Positions 38,401-50,661 of a stretch of DNA of 64,000 bases are shown here, in pieces. The stretch is from the NCBI GenBank assembly GCA_964035545.1, contig OZ037768.1:10262741-10326740 (forward strand), given 5' to 3'. This stretch comes from Bugula neritina. Its lineage: Eukaryota; Animalia; Bryozoa. The translations under genes and the position numbers were made by a program. The notes below the pieces were generated by a model. That model worked only from the letters and a program-made list of their open reading frames with translations, did not search any database and was not told the origin of the DNA. Within the stretch, counting starts at the first letter, position 1. Every line of letters starts with the position of its first letter.

Positions 38401-41400
38401 GGTATTGTTCAGTGTGTGTGTCGGTTGGCAACCTTCCCAAATCAAGTTATTCATCAAAAGGAATATTAGTATTATGTTGCGTGGGGGGTCATAGCTGTTG
38501 GCTAATGTTAGTGCAAGCAATACCTGGCCAAACATTTGTTAATTGTTTGCATAGCCTGTGGCAGTCTACTCACGTAGTCCCCATTCATATAGTGGTTATT
38601 CAATATGATCAGTAAGTGGAACCAGACTATTTTGAAATTGATACATGCTAAATAATAATGGTGAAACATGCACTGCACTATTGTATTATTTGAAGATATT
38701 GGTTTTTGGGTCACTTTTACTAAGTCAATGGATCAGATTATTGTATATTTAGTTTACACTATAACTGAAAATGTTTTCTGCCATGCGTATTTGAGCCTTG
38801 TCTAGCTGTTTGAAATATTTTGAAGGCAATATATTGTCTGATTACTATCCTTGGCAGGTTATGAGAAGTATGGCGTTTTCAGTCTACTCAAAGATTGCTC
38901 GAAAGTGTAGCTATGATATTCTCGGCAACACCATGACAGGGTTCGGGCCGGCCGCTGACAATAGTCCCCTAGTTGCATCCAACAACCCATCATACATCAG
39001 TCTACCTCCATATATACTGGCACCGTCCACTGATCACACCAACAACGAGGGTGGTCTCATGGAAAGCAATAGCCGAGTCTTGTTCTGTGCTTACTGTCTC
39101 TCAGAAGACCAGCGCTGGCTCCTCGGCTCCACCACCAGGGACAATGGAGAGGTCTGTCAGTCATCTTCCTTCTCTGTGTGCCAGTTAAAGGCATCTTTTC
39201 AAGTATTTCCCTTGTTAATTGGAGCCTAGGCATGCTGTAACTTATTATTTTGTGAATGTCTCGCTATGCGCTGCAGTCTATCCACTTGCACCCAGTAGTG
39301 GAGACATTGAGATAGCCTAAGTTCTTTAACTTTATTGTTAAATTTTGGTTTGGGGCGCGGGTTAAAATTCTCGTGAGAACAGAACTCCTTTTGCTACATT
39401 TTTAATCTAGAACACAGGCCTTTCTCAATTTCTCCATTACTGCACCTACCTCAGTCTATCTATATTTTCGAATGCAATCTGTACTGATTCTAGTTGATGG
39501 ACACGACTGTGATCAACATCCATGTGCCCAACCACTCTCGCAGAAAGAAGTCAACCGTCATCAAGCATGCCATACAGAAACTCTTTGAATATCTGGTAGT
39601 CTGCATGTCAAACTCTCTGGTGAAATGGAGGCTGGTGATTGGGCGATTCGGTAGACTAGGTCATGGAGAATTGAAAGGTATTTTAATATTTGGTGCTTCA
39701 CTATTAATAGTTGTGATTGCTTTAAGCTACAGTTTTATACGATGGGAAAAGTTTGTATCTTACTCTGAGTAATGTCTACAAGCTTCTTTTGATGGAGTTT
39801 TTACTGTAATAATGTCTGAAATATGCTGGCATTGCTGAGTTTGCGACTCAAAGTGTTTGTGTTATTAGAAAGTTTGGGGTTTACAAAGTCAATCTGACAC
39901 AATTTGTAGCACTAAATGATACTGTTTTCAGAGTATTTTGTTTTTATGCGGTAGATTATATATTCTGTTGGATGTAATCAGCGACGCTCAAGCTTTTTAA
40001 TATAACCATTCAATGTACATTATCTTCAATCATTTTGCTTTTACTTATAAACTCACGCAAGTTTATAGTCGCTATCCCTGTGAGAAACCCCTGTTGGAAA
40101 GGGTTTTTATTAGAACAGGCTAAGGACTTGTTCAAATGAGGCACAGGAGCAATTATGACTGGATGCTCTTCCTAACATCACCAATGGCCTTTGTCGGGGT
40201 TCGAACCCGTGACTTCGTGTTCACAAAGCAAACGCTTTAACCCCTAGACCACGGCTGCTCCCTTTTACTTTTACTGTAATCTTTAATGTTGAAACTGCGG
40301 TTCCTGGGATGAATTGAATTGATCTACCCATGTAGTTTGACGCTATTGTTTTTGTATATGTAACTTTTTGTAATGTCTTTGTTGTATTTTGCAGAATGGT
40401 CGAAGCTGCTGAGTAAAAAGTCGTTGATGCGCACCTGCACAAGACTGAGGGAAGGATGTAAAACATGCATGTCGGTACCAGCAGATATGCAGCTGGGTAT
40501 TCTTGGTGCTTGTCTGATCTCCATAGAGCCCCATGCTTCATTCAGTATCCTCCATACAGATACCAGCACCAACAAGGAGGATAAGAAGAGTAGTAGCAGT
40601 CCCCTTAACACTCCTCAAGATGCTAGTGTCACCCACATATTAGTCATACCTAACTCTACCACTGTGAGTACCACTTCTCTCTTGTATCATCAAAATATGT
40701 AGTTCTTCCTACGTGTATATACATGGAAAACAACCTGATTTGATGTGCCAGTCAATTTGGTTGCGTTGACCAAATTCTCGCTTGAAACTCGGAGTTGATC
40801 TACCGATTATTAAGTACTTTACAAATAAATGTAGCCTCACTGTTCTTCTGATTAATAAATTTTATTTATTCAGCATTTTACAAAAATACATTCCGTACTC
40901 AGCTGTGTGAATTCGAAAGCAGAATATCGGGAGACTCTGGTTGTATTCGCTCAGTAACTTTCTTTAGTTTAGAAACCTCACATATATTATATATCTTACG
41001 TTTTCATTTTCTTGCTGTTTTGCAGGCCGGTGGCAATCACAATCAGAACGAGGCTCAAATAGACTTCTCAGGCGATATGCCAGGAGATACTGATGGCATA
41101 CTAGGAGATCTCGGTGTCGGCGATGACATAGATTTTGATGGCTTATTCGGTATTGTGAGCAACAGTATTGGTGAGTAACTCCTCTTTGAACATGTTCAAA
41201 GAGGCAATACACCTGAATGTTTATTTGCAATGAAGGTTGTGTTTCATGGCTCTATTATAACGTTTCTTCACACTATTGTAAATCTCCTTCTACAGATGGC
41301 ATGTCACCTCCCCACTCGCCCACCAACAGCTCCTCCATATTCAATCAGGCTGGAGGGATTCAATCAAGGCGAGGAACTGTTACCAGCATGGTATGAGATA

Positions 41401-42686
41401 ATCACTTATTTATATTGTTTATGTGTGCTTATTCGATGGACTGGGCATAAATTACAAAGGTGATGCCATGAAACAATTCTCTTCAGTTGATGAATTATTT
41501 AATTATAACTGACAACATATTATAACATGCTGCCATAATGATGGTATAAGTGGCTTTTGCTGGTAATATTTATGTTGGTACAAAATTGCTTGTGTAATAG
41601 TAATGGTTAATGCATCAAAAAACCTGCCTACATTTGGTTCATCATGTCACATTATCGCTTAGCCCCCTTCTTCACCATATCACTTCACCAGCTATGTGAA
41701 AGTTTAGCCAGTGTGTCATAATTCAAACAAGTTTCTTAGTTTAAAAATTTGTTATGAAGATATTTAAAAATATATTTCTAGTTTATGCTGATTTTGGTTC
41801 TAAATATTTTGCTGCGTTGATGGCATGTGTTTAATTTTGTTGTTAAAGTTATTTTTTGTGTTAATGTGTTATAAATTATGATTTTTAGATGGATACATCA
41901 ATGGAAGATCAAATCAATTTGCTCCAGCAACCTTTGGCGTTGGGTTATATTATTTCAACAGCTCCCACTGGTAAACTGCCCAGTTGGTTTCACTCAACTG
42001 CGCCTCAAACAGAGAACATCTGTCCAACTGTGCTAAAGGTATTACCTCATATAGACACTTTGTGCTATGAATAATGGAGCTGTTGAAAAATAAGGTTGTG
42101 TTTTCTCAATCTTTTTAATATCATGCCATAGGATACCAATATTTCAGTGCATATGTTGATGAAATTTGTGTTTGTTATTCCAGTCTGCGCTACATTTCCA
42201 TACTGTTTGTTCTCAACAAAACCTAGAGGACTACAACCAGATGACAACTCCAAACAACCAAAAATCCTACACTCATCCTCTAGATTCTACTATGACTTGT
42301 GACGTGCTAAGGTAAAGATTTGATTTATTTGATTATTCTTTATAATTTTATACTTCATACCGTTTTACTGTTCATTTTATTTCAATCTATTTTTCAAAAC
42401 AAACAATTATTATATAGGCACTCTCATGGTATTTTGTTGTGTTGATATTATATTTTTATATTTATAACGCATTAATTTTAGTTTTCTTGAAAGTTCTTAG
42501 CGTGCAATCTTTCAAAATGGTGTTTAATATTATTTAGTGATTTCTATTTGTAGATTTGTTCTGGACTCCTACAATAGATTATCGTGGCTTACAGTTGATC
42601 CAGCAACTAATGATAGGCGGTCCTGTCTGCCTGTACATATAGATGCCTTGATGAAGCTGTACCACGCCATCAACACATTTTTATAG
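23497..42686 (+). CDS. MED13: Mediator of RNA polymerase II transcription subunit 13 (~1901 aa)
   Basis: 30 GT-AG, phase-consistent exons: 23497-23571, 24716-24971, 25261-25348, 25528-25608, 26100-26245, 26520-26705, 27252-27478, 28294-28524, 29250-29516, 29643-29836, 30880-31082, 31829-32038, 32314-32596, 32828-33024, 34063-34283, 34954-35115, 35326-35509, 36375-36537, 36629-36800, 37190-37436, 37562-37801, 38098-38372, 38858-39151, 39494-39677, 40395-40663, 41026-41170, 41296-41390, 41889-42038, 42184-42311, 42554-42686. Motifs: [108 protein letters not shown]. Confidence 0.97.
31221..31600. repeat. 38-bp minisatellite, ~10 near-identical copies, in MED13 intron 11
   Basis: Unit gtagtagtgacagttgtacattagtagtaatagtagtt at 38-nt spacing from 31221 to 31563; no spacers. 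Confidence 0.95.
34487..34823. mobile_element. Young MITE with perfect 64-bp terminal inverted repeats in MED13 intron 15
   Basis: 34492-34555 is the exact reverse complement of 34760-34823; flanking direct repeat (GCC)TTCTCTTAG at 34475-34486 and 34821-34832. Confidence 0.9.
35742..36005. repeat. (TAG/CAG/CTG)n compound microsatellite in MED13 intron 17
   Basis: Trinucleotide tract giving poly-S/V/T/L ORFs in four frames. Confidence 0.9.
36131..36247. repeat. ~39-bp tandem repeat, 3 copies
   Basis: Core atacaatgttgatattacactgcta repeated three times. Confidence 0.85.
40051..40262 (-). mobile_element. tRNA-derived SINE
   Basis: Minus strand has A box TGGTCTAGGGG and B box GGTTCGAACCC, followed by a non-tRNA body (ccattggtgatgttaggaagagcatccagtcataattgctcctgtgcctc) shared with 57627-57837; degenerate TSD. 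Confidence 0.85.
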
Positions 42687-43301
42687 CATTCAGTTTTGAT
42701 TAATTCACACCTCATTCTGTCATGGACCGCCTCCTGTTTTTGTTCAATGAAACCAATAATAGGAAGCGTCCTAATCACCAACCCTCTTCGACTTTTTGTT
42801 TAACCTACAGTATTGGCGGTCATACTGGTGCAATAATACAAATTAAGCTGTGACTTGCGCCTATAATTGTGACTTCTACATTATATGGGACTAATGAATC
42901 AACACATTGCTTTATTGTTCTTCATAAGAATCGTAGACTTGTATATAAGAAATGAGATATTTTTATTTATGTAGCATTTGATATTTTGTAAGTTCCTTCT
43001 TGTATTATATTTTAATTACATTGTGTATATATGATATTTGCGGAAAGGTATTTGGTGTGTATTCTGTCTATTTGATACAATTTGATTACAGTAAGATATT
43101 CAGTATTTTTAATTCTTTATTTATCAACTCAACACATATTTCTATACACCAAATAGGGAAGTAAACCTAAATAGTTCTAATAATAAATAACAGAATATTT
43201 TTGTACATATATCTTAGCTTTTATTATTATTCTCATCATGTATAGACAATTATTTATGATGTTTTAAAATATAATTACAATGAAATGCTGAAATTAACCA
43301 A

Positions 43302-45227
43302 CTATTGCCTTCCAATCATTCCCAACACTTTTTGCATGACATGCGGGTTGTAGTTGGTGTATGTAGTATCTCTAAGCATGGAGCGTCGGGGAATGTTCTT
43401 GGCGAACAACAAATCATCATCCACCCATGCAATGTTTCGGCGTGTGGAATAACCCAATTCTTCAGCTTGCGTATTTGACATGGTTGTATTCAGCTGGAAA
43501 CATGTGTATCCAAATGATATTCCATCAGTGTGTATTGTTTGCACGCAGACGGGATTATTGATCAGTGTAGTTTCAGCATGCTGTATTCTTGCCATTTCTA
43601 AACAATGGGCGTATGACATCAAAATTGCATTGGCATGCCTTATATCCATCGTCCAATCTGTGTCATACTCCAGAAATAGTGTATGGTGATGCTTGTATTT
43701 AAAATCCGATCCATGACCTACACAATTTTCACTTCTATAAATATTCGTCTTAACTAGATCAACCAAGGATGAAACCGGAAAGATATTGTTAATATGACTA
43801 CCGGCTGTTTCTTTCACTTCATTCACACTAGCAAATCTTTCCAAGGGCTTAGTGCTGGTTAGCAAGTAGTTAGTGCGACTGGTAAGATGTATGGGTAGGT
43901 TGTCAAACGTATACTGGGTATGCAGACTGTGTCTCTCTATCAAGTATCGTGAGAAGACGCTATCCGCTTCCTTTAATGCTAGAAGTTGGTTGCATTTCTG
44001 AATCATACTTCTGAGCAAAACATCCACAATTCTAGACTGAGGGATTCCATACTCCGCCTTATAATTCCACACGCTTATATCCTCAGGCTTCTTCCTTCTT
44101 GGAAGTTTCTCTCTACTTGTATCCCAAAGGTTGGCTTGCATAATGATTCTGTTACAAGAAATCATCCAAATAAACCACCACAAAAGATTTAAATTATCAA
44201 TTAATCAAGTGACATAATTTGGAAGAAATGCAAGCAACAACCATAACTAAGCTAATAGTTGGTACCTGATTAAGACTAACATAACAATACATCACTGGTT
44301 GAAGGGTAACTCACCTTTGCATCATGTGATCTTGGTCAGGATGAGCTAGTTCCGCAGACCGAGCTAAAATGTCAGCAGGAAGCTGATGCTGCACCAGAGT
44401 GTTGGTTAAAAGCTGAGCTTGACGCAAACCCTCCCACAGCTTTACGCCGTTATCACAAGAGTAGACTTTTGTTGGCTTCCAGTCAGGATCATCTTCTGGG
44501 CGAGGAGGGAACATAAATCTAGGATCATCAGGCGGAATCCAAACCTACATAAACATAGTGTCAATATTATTGTAAAAGCATAAACACTACTCATAAGTCG
44601 CCCTACCACAAAATACAGGTTTATTAGAAAACTCATAAATTAAAATATTAATCTTAATTTTATGGTCCCATAACACTAGTAATTTTCTAATTTGACAATA
44701 ATGTGCAATTCCTCTTGGTGGAATTCATATAAGCAGTTCAAACACAGTTATACAAATAGTTTATATAATACAATCCTGCTATCATGATGTAATGCATGTA
44801 TGAATTCACAAAGTTGTTGATCAAACCCAGTGTAATGTACCCAACTTCAGACAACCATACAAATATAACTTTTTTCAAGATATTTATTTTAGCAAATACA
44901 ATATAATATATTATATACAAACATATATTACGTGACGTGCAAATTAAGTGGGGACGTATGCATAATTTAAAGAGAATGGATTTATAAAATGATACAACTA
45001 GTTAAAAAGTAGCATGCAGGTAGGAACCAGAAATGATCTTTTAGTAAACCTACCTTCTTTTTTGTTGGAAAAAAATCAGCAATAGGATCTACAGGGTTTA
45101 TTCCCATTTCTTTCATATCTTCGGTGATCGGAGCTGGTTTTACAATAAACCTGGATTTCTTTTTCCATATGTTTTTAAACCAAAAACCTTTTCGAAATTC
45201 ACCAAAAAGACAAGGAGTGAGTCTCAT
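43302..45227 (-). CDS. MRPL37: 39S mitochondrial ribosomal protein L37 (mL37), ~416 aa
   Basis: Exons 45227-45054, 44544-44315, 44148-43302 (1251 nt, phases consistent). Basic/amphipathic N-terminus; LWEGLRQAQLLTNT, IMQANLWDTSREKLP, NPVCVQTIHTDG..FGYTCFQLNT, RRNIAWVD match the recalled mL37 pattern. Confidence 0.85.
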
Positions 45228-45884
45228 TTTCTAGCAGCTACAACAAAATTGCAAAGCCTGCTGGTACATATACTAAAGTAAAGAAGTCTAAGCTACCAAT
45301 TACTGCCTGGTGATCTGCTTAATGCAGTATTCCATAGGTGATGAAATATTAGTAAAGTTGCTAGTTGTTACAGAAAAGTCTCCTTTGGTATCTACACCCA
45401 GTAAATTACTTTCATAATGTAGATGCTTCACAAGTGGCTAGGCATACACATCACCATTATGAAATCACTGTTTATTTTAAGTAAAAATACAAAACTTAAA
45501 GACATACTGATACAGTGATGCTGTTCCCAGTTTTCTAAGCAAAGTATACTTTATTTGTACCATTTTGTAGAATAGCTTTAAAGTTAGTTATTAGTTAATG
45601 CAACACATTTATTCTATCATTTTACGGGATTGAATATCAAAATGTTGGGATTTGAATGTGCTTAAAGTCAAAATTTAATTACCATTTCAATTTCAAAGTC
45701 AAATCAATTAAACTTTAGTTGAACAATTTAAAACCATGACTTACAGAGTTACACAATTTGACTTGAGTGAGAATCAACTTAGCTTTAAGTTTGATCTCTG
45801 CCCACTGCAACTTGAACTAGACGTTTAGTTCGATGGCCGATGGGCACGGTGATGGAATTGGCCGGCCGTGGGAATTGGAAATGG

Positions 45885-46120
45885 ATTATCATTATGATTA
45901 TCAATATCACTATCACTATGATTACCATCATCACTATGATCATTATCATTATCGTCATGGATATACTCATAGTTATAACTTATACTTATAATTATAACAT
46001 CAACAGTTAGACTTATACAGTTAATGTTATACTATAACTATAAGCTATAACTATAAGTTAAAACAAGTTAAAGTAAAAGTAATTCAAATTCAAATTGTAA
46101 ATCAAAATGAAAATGTAATT
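45885..46120. repeat. Low-complexity ATC/ATT/ATA periodic tract next to a GC-rich patch (45830-45880), probably upstream of the MRPL37 TSS
   Basis: (atcatt/atcact/ataact)n-like; spurious Ile/Met ORF at 45785-45970. Confidence 0.65.
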
Positions 46121-48084
46121 CAAATCTTTTATATGGCGTTAAAATTATTAATAACTAGGCAATCATTAAATAGCTACAGACATATTCTGCATGAGTAAAA
46201 AGTTCAATTTAAAACTTTTCAAGCCAAATTAAGTATCATTTGGATCGAAATATTGATAATAACAATTCTTGGCTTGAACGTGAAGTTATTTAATTGAATC
46301 ATTTTCTTCTCAGGCTTGAAGTTGAAAAAATAATAGAAATGCTTAGATTGTGGTCGCTACGTCTATAATTATTAGAAAAGATAACTCCCTAAGAAAACAA
46401 AATTATGTAAAGTAAGCATTATACAAACTTATAAAACATTATGGCGTGATTATGCATTTAAACATCATTTTTTCTATTATATCTTATAAAAATATGCGAG
46501 AACAAAACAAAATATTCAAAAAATAAGCAATAATGATTTCTATCTTTTGGCAGTGAAGATATATTAGTAATTAGTCATAGTTCTTCAATAACAATGTCCT
46601 AGTACTAGGACACTTTTATGCGGAACTTGGTAATGTTTTGCTTTAATTTTTCAAGATTTCGCAGTATAATTCAACATAGGATAACTTTGTTTCAAATTTA
46701 ACAAATATTTTTTGTAATCATTATTATAAAAAATACTAAATACTCCAACATTTAAACAATTGCATGATACACCTACTTCAGCAGATGAAATAAAATTAAA
46801 ACATAATTTAATACTTGTCCCTCAAGATAGAAAAAAACCAGAGAAATCATAAATTGCATATATTGCAATGGGCAAATTATAACAAAACTGTATCAATAGA
46901 TGAGATGAAAAAAAGCTTGAACAAAATGAAAGATATGCAGATAAAAAGAACAGATTTGTGAAGTTGAGAAATTAACGAAGGAAAACTCCCAAAGCCCTAT
47001 GATATACTGTATGTCTGGCAAATGTTAAAGTTAAAAAATAACCATAAAATAGAGTGAAAAAAACAGGCTTTAGGCTAGTTAAATATATCCTGGCAAGTCG
47101 CAGGTAAATGCCAGTTTGAGAATTTGTCGTGGGTCAAGCACTAGCTAAAATACTAAAACCAAAAGTTTTATTAGACTTTTAATAACTGTCTCTACACTTA
47201 AAATTAGAGTATAAAATACTAAATTATAACTCAAACTTCAAATTAATTATTGTGCTTATCAGAAGTAACCATGTCCTATGTTGATGAATTTATTATATGA
47301 TGACTAGTTTTTCGAATAAAATAGTTTTAGATAGTGATTTGCATTTCAAATATGTAGGGCCTATATACATGAAGGTAACAATTTGCATATAGTAGATGAA
47401 GCATATAAATGATTGTGTGAACTAGTATAAGAAATTCAATAAATTTTAATTAGTAATATTATTTAATGAATAAACTGACAAAGTATACATAGATGTCAGG
47501 TTTTAAAAAAAAAATATTTATAATAACTCAAATTTATTCATATGCTGTAATTAGTAATTAATTCGTTAGTCTGCCTATCTTGGCTATGGGTAAATGATTC
47601 AGAAAATAAAAAATAATTTAAATTTTATTATAGAAGAAATTTTATGCAATAAAACAGGCTATAGATGGACTTCAATAAAATGTTTAACAATTGGCATATA
47701 TGTTTGCATGCTTTGGTCTTGGAGGAGTTAAATGCTGGAAGATGGAAGGAGATAAAGAGAAACATTAAGAGTTCCATTAAAATGTCACAGGGAAGTTTCC
47801 AGGGGATAGTTTATGAGTATCTGTTGACTGAGCAATTCATCTACACATCAGATAGTATTAGTATAGAATGGTTTGTGACCTTGTGCAGAAGATCTAAATA
47901 ATAAACAGAAACATAAAATAAATAGGAAGACAAACGAGAATGAACAAAAGGAAGGATTGCAATGGCTGTAAAACTCTAATAAAAGATATAACTATAAAAT
48001 ATAAAGGAGGATCTAAGAATGAATCAATTGAAACTTCCTAGAATCTATTTAAATTGAGCTGTAACCTCATTCGTTATTTTGAAC

Positions 48085-49201
48085 TCAGCAACAGAAAAAC
48101 TTTAGAATTCTATTTCTGTGGCTTTGGTGTATGACTGATTCTTGAACAGATTCAAACTCTACAAAATATATCAATTCTTTTGACATAAGTCATAATAATT
48201 ATATTTCTATAAAGGTTTTTCATTGTGTATAATATTCTATTGGCTGCTTCACAATGTTATAGTGAATAATATTAAGCAACTCGGAAAACGTCATTGTCCC
48301 AACCCGCTTGATCATTTTTGGGAAGTTATTTGAAGTTTTGTTTAAAGATAACTTAATTTGCAATATTTCTTATTATATTAGCTTAATATTTTAATGAAAT
48401 TCATGCAAGTTTATTTGGAGCATTGGTTAAATACATTAAAAGTAATTTACTTAGATGTTTATACAGCCTGCAATTCTCACTGAACTTTTTATAACTCGCT
48501 CCCATTTTTCAGAGAGTCGCTTTTCAATGTTTATTTTAACATCATGCTTGTTTAAAATTTTAAAACACTATAGATGTGTTGTTTCCAGAAACGTTTAAGT
48601 TTAGCTCCATTATTTTTGTTAGCTCATAATAATGCTCACTAACAATAAACTTTTGGCTGAATTAAGAATATACTTACTATCATGAGCTCCAATTGATGCT
48701 TCAACAGATTTTGGTAGTTGTGTCTCCTTGACTGGTTGTCTGACACTGTTAAGAGAAGGAGGGTCTCCACCAGCTACTAAAGTCTCTGTTACAAAATATA
48801 TCAAATGTGTTGCAGCTTGTAGCTGTTATTTGAAGACTAATTTATCATTTTTATAACTTATCAGCTAGTTCTTGTTTTCTCATATCAAATTTGCAATGTT
48901 AGTCAGCAGTGGCAATTACAATTATTCAAACTTGCGTGGATGAAAAGAACAGAGAAGCTTAATATAGAAACCCATTTGTAAGCTTTAATGGCCACGTTTT
49001 CAAAATCACATTTATCTCTATTGTTATTTCAAGTTAATTCAAATTTTGCTTTTTTGTAATCATTTTCTAGCTTTAATATTTACCAGACATATTGGGAAGC
49101 ATTGGATGTTGTCCCTCATCGGATTTGTGGTTCTGTGCAAAATTATGTTTTAGAGATAATCTATTTTTTCCAACAGGATTTATTTTTATTTCTGTAGCCA
49201 T
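48085..49201 (-). CDS. Small orphan protein, copy A (99 aa, ends RNRILKFFCC*), or a recent pseudogene; paralog of 52468-50662
   Basis: Exons 49201-49084 (ATG directly after the acceptor; MATEIKINPVGK...HPMLPNMS), 48785-48678 (ETLVAGGDPPSLNSVRQPVKE...), 48158-48085 (KFESVQESVIHQSHRNRILKFFCC*). Splice sites intact and phases consistent; several synonymous differences and an in-frame 6-nt indel relative to copy B. Confidence 0.55.
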
Positions 49202-50661
49202 CTGATGAAATAACAGTAAGTTGATTTCAAATGTGAACTGTTTTTATTACATAAAATTGTTATTCTTCTTTATATTGAAGCAAATTCTTATGTCAGAAGC
49301 AGTTTAACAAACAGGAAAAACTTTGCTTCTATACTCTGGCAAATGCAGTGAGATACTGACTTGAGGAATTTAGTGGGAATTACTAACTCTAAGGACTTGC
49401 TACTGGAGCATTCTAAATTCATGAATTTATAAACCAACAAGTTTGCTTTCATTCTAACTTCCTGGCTAATCTGCTAACCCACATTTACTGTTTTAATTTG
49501 CTCATGATATAATTCTCTTGATTGTTTATGAAGCTAAAACATAAAATTTTTATTTTTATATCTCTATTAAATTCGTGTAGCAAACATGTGTTGATAATTG
49601 AACTTTTTTTCTGTTTATATTTGTTTACTAATACAGTTTTCTGCATACGAAAATTTGAAAACGTGTATTGAATGTATAAAAATGTTGATGGCACACCAGC
49701 ATCATAAGGCAGCTGTGATTATATACTTCAGCGGATGAAATATTGCAAACCGTTTTGCTTCTCGCTACTAAAAATTCCAAAATAGAAAAACACTGCATGA
49801 TTGCAATGATAGGCTAATCTTCATTATTTCAAGAAGATGCATGTGTTTGCTAGAAATAAAAGTAATCAATGTTTGTGTAATTATTGTTTAGGGATCATTT
49901 ATGAGTAGTGATTTGGTTTTTAAAAAGTTTGTATATAGCAGATACAGTATATAAATGATTATGTTTGATAAATTCAATATAATTTTTTATTTTATTTAAT
50001 AATATATTTTTGAATTAACAAATTCCCAAAATAGAGAAGTCAGTTATTTCAAGAAATTGGTTTATAGTAGAACTCAAAGTTATTAATATGATGCAATTAT
50101 TAGTTAATTTGTTGATTTACCTATATTGACAAAAGATAAATGGTTCAGAAAAAAAGACAATCTAAATTTTAATACATATAAAAGAGATCTCAAACTTTTA
50201 AATTTTACTATAGAAGAGATTTCAACCAACTAAAACAGCTAAGCTTATAGATATATAGATGAAATTGAATAAAGTATATAACACAGCATGTATATTTGCA
50301 TGCTTTGGTCTCTTAGCATCCTAACAGTGGAATAGAGAAAGAGACAAAGATGATTCTATTAAAATGTCATAGAGAAGCTTCCAGAGAAAAGATTAAGGTC
50401 GCATCTGTTGACTGAGTAGTTCATCTACACATCAGATAGTATTAGCTGTAGTACGGAATAGTATGTGTAGAATATCTAGATAGTAAATAGAAACATAAAA
50501 TAAAGTGAACAAATTGAGGATGAAATAAGAAGGCAAACAAGAATGAACCGAGAAAATGTTGCAATGATAGCTATTGTAAGAGTCTGATATATTACATATA
50601 ACAAATTATAAATAAGACTAAAATAGTTTTTTTAACATTCTATTTAAATTGAGCTCTAACC

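Noticed and set aside
40190-40262. tRNA gene (GTG-anticodon-like)
   Set aside because: No proper acceptor stem; it continues into a body shared with another TSD-flanked copy, so it is a SINE head.
47760-47845. Canonical SECIS in the 3' UTR of orphan copy A
   Set aside because: Two RUGA-N11-AA candidates exist, but one lacks helix II pairing and the other lacks the 3' GA of the quartet.
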